From: Candidatus Poribacteria bacterium | GTDB lineage: Bacteria; Poribacteria; WGA-4E; WGA-3G | Length of the DNA stretch: 64,000 nucleotides | NCBI GenBank assembly: GCA_965214095.1 | Contig: OZ243938.1 | Coordinates: forward strand, 192,001-256,000 | Direction: 5' to 3' | Shown here: piece after piece, positions 51,301 through 60,434 of the stretch | Numbering within the stretch: position 1 is the first letter of the stretch | How the letters are laid out: every line of letters starts with the position of its first letter | The notes under the pieces: model-generated | Databases searched by the model: none | What the model saw: only the letters and a program-made list of their open reading frames with translations | Told to the model about the DNA's origin: nothing | Translations under genes and position numbers: made by a program

Positions 51301-52104
51301 ATGAATCCTTTCAAATATCTAAAACATCAAGCGGAAAGACGTTTCTATAGAGCGTATCAAAAACAGCTGGAGGCAGAAGCAGGTACGTGGAATATCCCAC
51401 GTCATATCGGTGTTATTCTCGATGGAAACAGACGGTACGCTAAAGCAACGGGGTTAGATAATGTGATTAAGGGACATTACGAAGGGGCAGATAAACTTGA
51501 GGAAGTACTTAGCTGGTGCGATGAACTTGGTGTAGAAATCTTTTCAATATGGATTTTTTCTCTTGATAACTTCAACCGCGCTGATGATGAGGTAGAAGGA
51601 ATTTTGGGATTAATTGAAAGGAAAATGCGTGAGTTAGTTACAATCAAGGGACTTCACAAAAATAAAATTAAGGTGCGTGCAATGGGACAGATTGAACGTC
51701 TACCGCAAAGTCTTCAAGAAGCAATTCGTCAAGCAGAGGAAGCGACTAAAGATTATGACAAATTTATCCTGAATGTCGCTGTTGCCTACGGAGGACGTGA
51801 GGAGATAATTGATGCAGTCAGAGGACACTTAAAGGCGGAAATACAAAAAGGAAAAGATGCCCTTCAAATTGCTGATGAATTAAGTGTTGATACAATTGCA
51901 CCATATCTATACACCTCAAATCTTCCGGATCCTGAGTTAATCATCCGGACAAGTGGAGAGGTGCGGCTATCTGGATTTTTGTTATGGCAGAGCGTATATT
52001 CCGAATTTTATTTCTGCGATACCTATTGGCCCTCATTTAGGAAGATTGACTTTCTACGTGCAATACGAGACTATAGCCATCGTAAACGACGATTTGGGAA
52101 ATAA
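51301..52104 (+). CDS. uppS: cis-prenyltransferase (UppS family, resembling short-chain Z-isoprenyl diphosphate synthases)
   Basis: PRHIGVILDGNRR, FS.DNF.R, YGGR.EI, IRTSGEVRLSGFLLWQ, RRFGK. Confidence 0.86.
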   Translation: MNPFKYLKHQAERRFYRAYQKQLEAEAGTWNIPRHIGVILDGNRRYAKATGLDNVIKGHYEGADKLEEVLSWCDELGVEIFSIWIFSLDNFNRADDEVEGILGLIERKMRELVTIKGLHKNKIKVRAMGQIERLPQSLQEAIRQAEEATKDYDKFILNVAVAYGGREEIIDAVRGHLKAEIQKGKDALQIADELSVDTIAPYLYTSNLPDPELIIRTSGEVRLSGFLLWQSVYSEFYFCDTYWPSFRKIDFLRAIRDYSHRKRRFGK

Positions 52105-52178
52105 GGAGGAACCAGATTTGGATAGATTATTAATTGTGATTGGCGAATATGCTTTACATCTAATAATATAAGGAGCGT

Positions 52179-52949
52179 TTGATGCGGTTTGGAATATGCA
52201 CAGGTTTAGATAATGTGAATCGTCTTGCTGAAGTCGGATATGATTATATTGAATTGGGTGTGAGAAGTGCGTTGATGCCCGAAGCAGATGAGACAGAATT
52301 TGAAAAAATAAGAGAACGTGTAACTAATGCACCTATAAAACCTGAAGCTTATGCAGGTTTTATTCCCAGAGATATTCGGGTCGTCGGGGACTCCGTGGAT
52401 TTTACAAGACTTTCTCGGTATGTAGAAAATGCATGTCGCAGAGCAAAACAAATTGGTGGTAAAGTTATCGTATACGGTAGCAGTGGTTCTCGGAATGTTG
52501 AAGATGGATATTCTGAAGAACGTGCATTAACACAGATCGCAGAATTCCTTGATATGTCAGCAGATCATGCTGAAGACAACGATATGATAATTGCTATCGA
52601 ACCGATTTGTATGAAAGAGGGGAACATATTACGGACGGTTGCTGACGGTCTTGCAATGGCGAAACGGGTCAATAGGTATGGAATAAAGGTATTGGCAGAT
52701 CTCTATCACGTTTGGCAAGAGGACGAACCTATGCAGAACATCGTTGATGCGGCATCATATTTGGCACATGTCCATATTGCTGAACCCGTCAAAAGATCAT
52801 ATCCCGGTAGCGATGATTTTGATTTTTCAGAGTTCTTTGCCGCATTAAAGAATGCGGGATACAACGGTCGGGTCTCATGTGAATGCAAATTTGACGATTT
52901 TGAGGCTGACATTGAAACTGCTTTGAAAACGATGAAGAGTTATACATGA
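52179..52949 (+). CDS. Sugar phosphate isomerase/epimerase (xylose-isomerase-like TIM barrel)
   Basis: GYDYIE, IAIEP, D.YH, HVHIA, GY.G.VS.E. Confidence 0.86.
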   Translation: MMRFGICTGLDNVNRLAEVGYDYIELGVRSALMPEADETEFEKIRERVTNAPIKPEAYAGFIPRDIRVVGDSVDFTRLSRYVENACRRAKQIGGKVIVYGSSGSRNVEDGYSEERALTQIAEFLDMSADHAEDNDMIIAIEPICMKEGNILRTVADGLAMAKRVNRYGIKVLADLYHVWQEDEPMQNIVDAASYLAHVHIAEPVKRSYPGSDDFDFSEFFAALKNAGYNGRVSCECKFDDFEADIETALKTMKSYT

Positions 52950-52958
52950 GAATCACAT

Positions 52959-53921
52959 TTGGAGGTGGCGTTTATTCTCAGAAGTGAAGAAGGCAGAGTG
53001 ATTCGTGCACGAGCAGGGTTTTATGATGTTCAGCACGGTGAGCTTGTGCTACGATGCACAATGCGAGGCACATTAAAGAAGAGACGACGGTCTGAATCTG
53101 GTCGGAGGCTATATGCGGATCCGGTCGCAGTCGGTGATCGTGTTGTTTTCTCTCAACTTGATCACGAAGAAGGTGTTGTAGAGGAGATCCTTCCCCGACA
53201 GACAAAGTTTTCACGGCGATACGCTGGAAGGCAAGAAGAAATAGAACAACTGATCGTTGCAAATGCAGACCAAGTTGTTGCGGTTGTTTCAGCACGCATG
53301 CCACCGCTCAACTTTCGCACGTTAGATCGATTTCTTATTTTAGCGGAAGCAGGAGAAATGAAAGCCATAATCTGCTTAAATAAAATTGACTTGATGGATT
53401 CAGCACAGCGTGACCATATCACCGCAACTTTTGAAATCTATGAGAAACTCGGATATAAAGTCTTCTATACGAGTATCAAAAAACCTGAAAGTGTTGATTC
53501 CTTACAGAATGTCTTAAAAGATAAATTCAGTGTAATAGTAGGTGCGTCAGGGGTAGGAAAATCAAGTATTCTAAATGCTATTCAACCTGATCTTGAATTA
53601 CGGACAGGTGAGGTCGGTGAAAAAACACGAAAAGGAAGACACACAACGACATTGGTTGAGTTGTTCACACTTGATATTGGAGGGGAAGTTGCAGACACAC
53701 CCGGAATCCGAGAAGTCGGTTTGTGGGGTGTTGATACAGAATATCTTGAATACTATTTCCCAGAGATGGAACCGTTTATTGGGAAATGTAGATACAACGA
53801 CTGTGCCCATGTCAAAGAGTCTGATTGTGCTATTCAGACAGCAGTTGAATCAGGAGATATACATCCTGAACGTTATCGGAGTTACGTCGTCCTAAAAACA
53901 GATGATACTATAACAAATTGA
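52959..53921 (+). CDS. rsgA: Ribosome small subunit-dependent GTPase A
   Basis: VGD.V, NKIDL, GASGVGKSS, GRHTT, DTPG, C.Y.DC.H..E..C; start codon uncertain. Confidence 0.95.
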   Translation: MEVAFILRSEEGRVIRARAGFYDVQHGELVLRCTMRGTLKKRRRSESGRRLYADPVAVGDRVVFSQLDHEEGVVEEILPRQTKFSRRYAGRQEEIEQLIVANADQVVAVVSARMPPLNFRTLDRFLILAEAGEMKAIICLNKIDLMDSAQRDHITATFEIYEKLGYKVFYTSIKKPESVDSLQNVLKDKFSVIVGASGVGKSSILNAIQPDLELRTGEVGEKTRKGRHTTTLVELFTLDIGGEVADTPGIREVGLWGVDTEYLEYYFPEMEPFIGKCRYNDCAHVKESDCAIQTAVESGDIHPERYRSYVVLKTDDTITN

Positions 53922-53930
53922 GGAGAACAA

Positions 53931-54865
53931 ATGAAACATCATATAAGCGTTTTCAGCATAGTAATGCTTTTCATTTTCACATTCTATCTTATCGGTTGTG
54001 GTACTGACGATGAAGATACTGAACCAGCTAATAGTTCACCTATAGTTGACAGTTTTATAGTCCCAGAAGAATTCAATCCAGGGGATGTACTTGAATTTAA
54101 GGTGATTGCTCATGACGAAGATGGAGATACACTTAGTTACACTTGGGAAGTAGATGGTGAAATATTGGAATCTACCGGCACAAGTGCAAAATGGACAGCA
54201 CCTGAAGATGTTGAATCAGTTAAAGTCACAGTGCATATCAGTGATGGAGTAAGTAAAACCGTAAAAAGAGTTAAAACGGTCACAAATAAAGAATTTGTTC
54301 CTCCCGATCCGGTTGATATCCGACTGATGGAGAAATTGATACAGTGCCGGATCCACCCTTAAACCTTATAGTACCAGGTAAGGGTGCATTTGGCGTAAAA
54401 TTAGGGGATCCGTTCAAGAAAGTTGAAGCAATTCATGGAGATGCGGATGGTCCTATTGGAGTAGTTCGGATCTTTACATATTGGGAGGATCCTGACATAG
54501 GTTTTTCAGGTTTTGTTGATGGCATCGGTCTTGTAGACAGTTTATTTTTGGACCGTCCAAATAAAGCCAAGACAACTGGGGGTAATGGAATTGGAAGTGC
54601 ACTTGAAAATGTTGAAAGAGAATTTGCGGATGCACAGGAAATTGACGAAGATGAATTTGGTGGAATTAGACATTGGTACTGGAAAAGAGGAATTGAATTT
54701 ACTGTAGATGAGGATGAGAAAGTAGAAAGTATATATGTCTTTAAACCGATTGCAGGAGCACCAGCAGCTGTTGGAATTCAAGACCAACAGAACCGTGATG
54801 CCGAGAAAAACGATGCAATGGAACTTCAACGTCGCAGAATACAGCAATCATCATCAAAGAATTGA
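53931..54865 (+). pseudogene. Lipoprotein (PKD/Ig-like domain plus C-terminal domain) split by a single frameshift near 54320
   Basis: Lipobox LIGC; adding one C at gatatc|cgactg joins ...PPDPVDI to PTDGEIDTVPDPPLNLIVPG... Confidence 0.7.
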
Positions 54866-54917
54866 TTGAATGTGCTAACACAACTGCAATGAATTTTATT
54901 GATTCCAAACCAATCTA

Positions 54918-55769
54918 TTATATGAATCGATTTTTGTGCGGACTTGTATTCCATTGTCTTTGCCATTCCTTCCATGATGTCGGACATTGTTTATTGTCCT
55001 TTTCTCGGACAGGACAGGCAATCGCCTCATGCCAAAGTCCATCTAACGATGTACCTGTGCGGCTATAGCGAAAGTCAACAGACCAACGTATCGTCCCACT
55101 AATGTTCAGCAAAGAGCGGTGAAACACAAGATTGTTGAAAATCAGGAGATCACCTTTATTCATCTCTAATGTGTCAATGTCAATATTTGATGAAGTGGGA
55201 GAGATAACCGGTACAGCAAATGCCTCACCTTCAACGCGATGGTAGGATTTTAGTCCTTCTTTATGGCTTTTTGGCAAAAATTGCAATGCACCGTTTTCGG
55301 TTTTCACATCGACTAATGGAAGCCATACTGTAAGGTGCATATCGTGTTCAGTGTGTGGCATGTAGGCACTGTCTTGGTGCCACGGGAGGGTCGTAAGTTT
55401 TTCATTGGGTAATTTTGGACGCACCCAAAAATCACCGTTGAATTGAATCTCATTTCCAATCAGTGTTTCAATTATATCCAACACTTTTCGGTTTGTTATC
55501 AGGTTGAAAAGTGCTTCACTATATACAAACGTATGCCACCCGAATACCTCGTTTTCTTTGCCACAATCCTGAAGAACAGCATACCATCGTTTATCAAACG
55601 GCATATCTTCATATACGGTTGTGATGGTTCCAGTACTATACTTTTCACGTGTGCGTTTGTCAACAACTTCATCAATGATATTGACTAATGGATCCAAATC
55701 TTCTGAGTTCAGTGCAGCAGGCACAACAAGATAACCATTCTCGACGAATATGTCTAAATGTGATTTCAT
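54918..55769 (-). CDS. PhyH-family Fe/2OG dioxygenase
   Basis: ENGYL, PWHQD, NGALQFLPKSH, FHRS..N....IRWS.DFRY. Confidence 0.9.
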   Translation of the reverse strand: MKSHLDIFVENGYLVVPAALNSEDLDPLVNIIDEVVDKRTREKYSTGTITTVYEDMPFDKRWYAVLQDCGKENEVFGWHTFVYSEALFNLITNRKVLDIIETLIGNEIQFNGDFWVRPKLPNEKLTTLPWHQDSAYMPHTEHDMHLTVWLPLVDVKTENGALQFLPKSHKEGLKSYHRVEGEAFAVPVISPTSSNIDIDTLEMNKGDLLIFNNLVFHRSLLNISGTIRWSVDFRYSRTGTSLDGLWHEAIACPVREKDNKQCPTSWKEWQRQWNTSPHKNRFI

Positions 55770-55772
55770 ATA

Positions 55773-55952
55773 TTAGTAATGAGTCTTTATGCTGCTCCAA
55801 GTAGTTGTGAGTTTGCCACTCGGCTTGACTGACAATGGATCCATAGAATCTTCAATCGATATCACATCGTTCCAAAGGACAACTACATCAACAACACCGG
55901 CATAGAAGTTCTGACCATTTCTATAAGTATCCATAGCCAAATAAGCAATTGG
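55773..55952 (-). pseudogene. C-terminal remnant of a LamG/TTW-tail protein
   Basis: Frame reads PIAYLAMDTYRNGQNFYAGVVDVVVLWNDVISIEDSMDPLSVKPSGKLTTTWSSIKTHY*; upstream in-frame TAG; absent from the ORF track. Confidence 0.72.
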
Positions 55953-55969
55953 CTATGGACTCATACTTG

Positions 55970-57007
55970 TTATAGACGTTCCCTCAACATATCCATGAGA
56001 CCGTCAGGTGGATCAAATGGTAGTTCTACTACTTCGTTTGTAATTCCACTATAATATATGCCGAGTAGTAGATTGAATTCAGCCAACGATTGTTTTAGGT
56101 GTGTTGGATGTTCATTCTTTTCATCGTCTAGCCAATCAAAGACTGCATTCGTGAGATTACCTTGTGCCATAACATCTTGCTCTCCATAGCTGAGTGGTCC
56201 ACCTTCATAACCTCCATCTCTTGTGGATCGTTCCCAACTACTAAATCGCCAATGAACATAGCCATCTTCACCGATTACAAAGACTCGTTTGTGGAAGAAA
56301 ACCGTCTGATCATCGGATGCAGAAGGTGCGATTGCTGTGCCAAACGCAACTGAGACATGTATTCCGTTTTCATATTGAACACGAGCGGCAGCGAATTGCG
56401 GTGATGGTTGCGCAGAATCTAAATGTGCTCCACCTGATATTTGTCCCAATACGCGTACCGGACGAGAGTTATCAATGTAAGATGACACTAACTGAAGGAC
56501 ATGTGGACCTTGATCAACAGGTGTGCTCCGTGCACTTGCATCTATAAACTTGATTTCACCGATTTTTCCATCTGCGACATCTTTCTTTAGTTCCAAGTTT
56601 TGTGGGTGAAAGTTCAATTGGGTATTCACAACAAATTTGGTTGTTGTCTCTTCTGCCAAACCGGCGATCTGTTTCCAGTCTTCACTTTCAACAGCAATAG
56701 GTTTCTCAACGATTGCAGCTGGAACGCCATGGTCGGATGCTTGTTTCATGAGCGGATAACGGATACGTTCATTAGATCCGCGAAGAACTGGCGCGGTGAC
56801 AATGTGGAGAACATCAGGTTTTTCTTTTTCAAGCATCTCATCTAAATCCGTGTAGCGAGATGAGATATTGAAATCGTCTCCAAATCGGTTGAGTAGTTCT
56901 TTGTTCATATCACAGACGGCAGCAAGTTTGCCACCTTTTACAAAACGGTATGCATCTGCATGTGCACGTGCACGACCTCCACAACCTAATATCGCTGTCT
57001 TATACAT
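55970..57007 (-). CDS. Gfo/Idh/MocA oxidoreductase, tandem paralogue 1
   Basis: LGCGGRA, VEKPIA; 345 aa; highly similar to four neighbours. Confidence 0.9.
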   Translation of the reverse strand: MYKTAILGCGGRARAHADAYRFVKGGKLAAVCDMNKELLNRFGDDFNISSRYTDLDEMLEKEKPDVLHIVTAPVLRGSNERIRYPLMKQASDHGVPAAIVEKPIAVESEDWKQIAGLAEETTTKFVVNTQLNFHPQNLELKKDVADGKIGEIKFIDASARSTPVDQGPHVLQLVSSYIDNSRPVRVLGQISGGAHLDSAQPSPQFAAARVQYENGIHVSVAFGTAIAPSASDDQTVFFHKRVFVIGEDGYVHWRFSSWERSTRDGGYEGGPLSYGEQDVMAQGNLTNAVFDWLDDEKNEHPTHLKQSLAEFNLLLGIYYSGITNEVVELPFDPPDGLMDMLRERL

Positions 57008-57065
57008 TGATTATCTCCTTAAACTATTTATAAAGGGTTATGTGTTGTTTGAACTATAATAATTA

Positions 57066-57097
57066 ACGGCAGTTGTGTATATATACTCAACTGCCGT
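57066..57097. terminator. Intergenic hairpin between paralogues 2 and 1
   Basis: acggcagttg / caactgccgt perfect 10-bp stem. Confidence 0.55.
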
Positions 57098-57129
57098 ATA
57101 AACTATCAATTGCGTAGCAACAAGAGATA

Positions 57130-58167
57130 TTATAGATGTTCCTTCAGTGAAGCCATTAATCCATCCGGCGGATCAAATGGTAGGTCAATTATCTCATTGG
57201 TTATTCCACTGTAGTAAATGCCTAATAGCAAATTGAATTCTGCCAGTGATTGTTTGAGATGTGTTGGATGCTCTTTCTTCTCATCATCAAGCCAGTCAAA
57301 TGCAGCCTCAGTGAGATTCCCTTGTGCTTGAATGTCCTGCTCACCGTAGTTGAGGGGTCCGCCTTCGTAGCCGCCATCATGAGTTGAACGTTCCCAACTG
57401 CTGAACCGCCAATGCACAAAACCTTTTGTACCAACAACGAAAACGCGTTTGTGAGCAACAGTACTACCACTGTCGGATGCCAACGTCCCCATACCCGTGC
57501 CAAACGCAAGAGAGACATGTAGACCATTGTCATAAATTGCCTGTCCTGCAGCATGCATCGGAGAGGGTTGTGCGGAATCTAACTGCTCTCTCCCCGCAAT
57601 TTGTCCTAACACTCTTGTCGGACGTGAGTTGTCAATATATGATGATACCAACTGCAATACATGCGGTGCTTGATCAACAGGGGTGCTGCGTGCACTTGCA
57701 TCAATAAACTTGATCTCACCGATTTTCCCATCTGCAACATCTCGTTTCAGTTCAAGGTTTCTGGGGTGAAAGTTAAGCTGTGTGTTGACAATAAACTTCG
57801 TATTCGTTTCATCTGCCAATCCCGCAATCTGTTTCCAGTCTTCACTTTCAACGGCAATCGGTTTTTCAACGATTGCAGCAGGAACATTATGATCTGATGC
57901 TTGCTTCATCAATGGATAACGAATTCGTTGATTGGTTCCACGTAAAACTGGTGCGGTGACAATGTGAAGCAGGTCTGGTTTCTCTTTCTCAAGCATTTCA
58001 TCAAAATCTGTGTAGCGAGAAGAGACATCAAAATCATCTCCGAACTTATTGAGTAACTCTTCGTTCATATCGCATATAGCACCGATTTTACCGCCTTTTA
58101 CAAAACGGTATGCACTTGCATGTGCACGTGCCCGACCACCACAACCTAAAAATGCACTTTTATACAT
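57130..58167 (-). CDS. Gfo/Idh/MocA oxidoreductase, tandem paralogue 2
   Basis: AGGAG before ATG 58167; 345 aa. Confidence 0.9.
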   Translation of the reverse strand: MYKSAFLGCGGRARAHASAYRFVKGGKIGAICDMNEELLNKFGDDFDVSSRYTDFDEMLEKEKPDLLHIVTAPVLRGTNQRIRYPLMKQASDHNVPAAIVEKPIAVESEDWKQIAGLADETNTKFIVNTQLNFHPRNLELKRDVADGKIGEIKFIDASARSTPVDQAPHVLQLVSSYIDNSRPTRVLGQIAGREQLDSAQPSPMHAAGQAIYDNGLHVSLAFGTGMGTLASDSGSTVAHKRVFVVGTKGFVHWRFSSWERSTHDGGYEGGPLNYGEQDIQAQGNLTEAAFDWLDDEKKEHPTHLKQSLAEFNLLLGIYYSGITNEIIDLPFDPPDGLMASLKEHL

Positions 58168-58293
58168 AGAATTTCTCCTTCTATAGTTTAATACCATGTG
58201 TAGTGAAATGTGTCTACACATATATGTGATAGATAGCGGTAGCGCGAGTATCTCTACTACTACCACTAAACCAATATGTTTGGTTTATTCATT

Positions 58294-59337
58294 CTACAAC
58301 TTTTCTCTAAGTAAATCAATTAATCCATCAGGAGGTTCAAATGGGAGATCAACAACTTCATTCGTAACGCCGCTATAATAGATCCCTAAGAGCAGATTGA
58401 ATTCAGCGAGGGATTGCTTGAGATGTGTGGGATGCTGGTTCTTTTCATCATCTAACCAATCAAAAACAGCTTCTGTTAAGTTTCCTTGTGCTTGCACATC
58501 TTGTTCCCCATAATCAAGCGGACCATTCTCGTAACCACCATCATGCGTTGACCGTTCCCAACTACTAAATCGCCAATGCACAAAACCTTTCGTCCCAACA
58601 ACAAAAACGCGTTTGTGCGTATGATTACCCCCATCAGGTTCTCTCGGAACTTTCTGACCAACACTTGCACCAAATGCAAGTGAAACATGTAATCCGTTCT
58701 CGTATATAACTTGTGCAGCAGCGTGCATTGGAGAGGGTTGGGTGGAGTCCAAATCCTGAGCACCAGAAACCTGTCCGAGTACTCTTACAGGACGAGAGTT
58801 GTCAATATACGATGACACGAGTTGTAGGACATGCGGTGCTTGGTCTACGGGTGTGCTTCTGGCACTTGCATCAATAAACTTGATATCTCCGATTTTACCT
58901 TCCGACACATCTCTCTTTAATTCTAAGTTCTTTGGATGAAAATTGAGTTGTGTATTGACAACAAACTTCGTTTGAGTTTCTTCTGCTAAACCTGCAAGCT
59001 GCTTCCAGTCTTCGCTTTCTACAGCAATCGGTTTCTCAACGATTGCAGCAGGTACACCGTGGTCAGATGCTTGTTTCATCAGAGGATAACGGATACGTTG
59101 ATTTGTACCACGCAATACTGGTGCGGTGACAATATGGAGCAGATCAGGTTTCTCCTTATCCATCATTTCGTCTAAATCTGTATAGCGCGAAGAAATATCA
59201 AGATCATCACCGAATCGATTTAGCAGTTCTTCATTCATGTCGCAGATGGCAGCTATCCTACCACCTTTAACGAAACGGTATGCATCTGCATGAGCACGTG
59301 CACGACCACCACACCCTAAAAACGCACTTTTATACAT
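58294..59337 (-). CDS. Gfo/Idh/MocA oxidoreductase, tandem paralogue 3
   Basis: GGAG before ATG 59337; 347 aa (2-aa insertion in the variable loop). Confidence 0.9.
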   Translation of the reverse strand: MYKSAFLGCGGRARAHADAYRFVKGGRIAAICDMNEELLNRFGDDLDISSRYTDLDEMMDKEKPDLLHIVTAPVLRGTNQRIRYPLMKQASDHGVPAAIVEKPIAVESEDWKQLAGLAEETQTKFVVNTQLNFHPKNLELKRDVSEGKIGDIKFIDASARSTPVDQAPHVLQLVSSYIDNSRPVRVLGQVSGAQDLDSTQPSPMHAAAQVIYENGLHVSLAFGASVGQKVPREPDGGNHTHKRVFVVGTKGFVHWRFSSWERSTHDGGYENGPLDYGEQDVQAQGNLTEAVFDWLDDEKNQHPTHLKQSLAEFNLLLGIYYSGVTNEVVDLPFEPPDGLIDLLREKL

Positions 59338-59444
59338 AGAAAAGACTCCCATCATGTTTTGTGATTTTTAAATTCAATGATGATGTTACGGTATGTTCTG
59401 AATTTCATACACCTTATTTCGGTGAGGTTAGGAATCCTAACCGA

Positions 59445-59714
59445 TTATTCTGAGTATTCATCCAATATTTTTCTGAAGTCGTCAAGATTTTCAACAACAA
59501 TTGCAGCACGATGCAAATTCTCAAGGATTTCCAGGTCCTCAATCTTTTCCAGTACAGACTTGAATGAATGTTCAGTATCGATTTCTAATCGTAGTGAAAG
59601 TATTTCAAGAATGAGTTTTCGCGTTGTTTCCTGAGCACCTTGCTGTAAACCTTGCTGTTTTCCCTGTTCACGTGCTTGAGGTGCTACGTATTCTACAATT
59701 GGAGGCTGTTGCAT
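59445..59714 (-). CDS. Internal in-frame small ORF (RpnS-like C-terminal domain, 89 aa)
   Basis: Strong internal SD AGGAGAGGAG directly before ATG (MQQPPIVEY...), downstream of the nonsense codon. Confidence 0.55.
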   Translation of the reverse strand: MQQPPIVEYVAPQAREQGKQQGLQQGAQETTRKLILEILSLRLEIDTEHSFKSVLEKIEDLEILENLHRAAIVVENLDDFRKILDEYSE

Positions 59715-60350
59715 GGTCTCCTCTCCTATGATATTGATAATAGTTTGTGAGTCGTGAACTAAATTCCCCAAAATTACAAGACTTCCAAGATATTCCGTTT
59801 TGTTCCGAACATCCAAACTGTCTGCTGTCTGAATACACTTCCTAAGCCATTCCTCATCATTAATCTCTGGATCGTGTTTCATGAGCGGTGTGAATGGTAT
59901 TAAACCTACATTTTTCTGATCTAGTATCTGTTGTCCATCAACTTCACTTAAACGGAAGACTTGATATTCAATGAATATGTTGTGATTTTCCAGATTTTAT
60001 TCAAATATTCCAGGATCGTTTCTCCCTGCATTAGGACCTAAGTAAATGACATTGGAATATACTGGAAGACGATGGATTTCTATTGATCTGATAATATAGC
60101 CTGCCATCCTTAGTGGCATCTCTGGATCATAACTATCAGTAGTTTGAAACTCAAAATGAATCAGAATTTCTCTACCGTCATGTAGTGCCTTAATAAGAGT
60201 ATCTGCTTGATGCATTTCCACTTTAGGTTGTTCAGGTATAATTACCTCCAGAACATTGATGTCTGTTGTATCAAATTTAAAGCATAAGTCTACGAAATCT
60301 TGAGGATTTGTTTCAACCTGTTTTTTAGATGCAGTGTCAAAACTCGCCAT
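59445..60350 (-). pseudogene. Rpn-family (PD-(D/E)XK, putative transposase) gene broken by one in-frame TAA at 59997-59999
   Basis: QADTL...IHFEFQT....MPLRM..Y; frame continues after the stop (NLENHNIFIEYQVFRL...GLIPFTPLM) into an EQG.QQG repeat C-terminus. Confidence 0.8.
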
Positions 60351-60434
60351 CTTTCTCCTATCTCTATGATGTATATTATTTGAAATTATATCATGTGTAT
60401 GTTTTATTTTCCAATTTTGGATATATTTGTCAGT

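Noticed and set aside
54300-54362. Programmed ribosomal frameshift or phase variation in the lipoprotein gene
   Set aside because: No slippery heptamer or long homopolymer at the junction
59997-59999. Recoded stop (Sec/Pyl or alternative genetic code) in the Rpn gene
   Set aside because: The stop is TAA, which terminates many neighbouring genes
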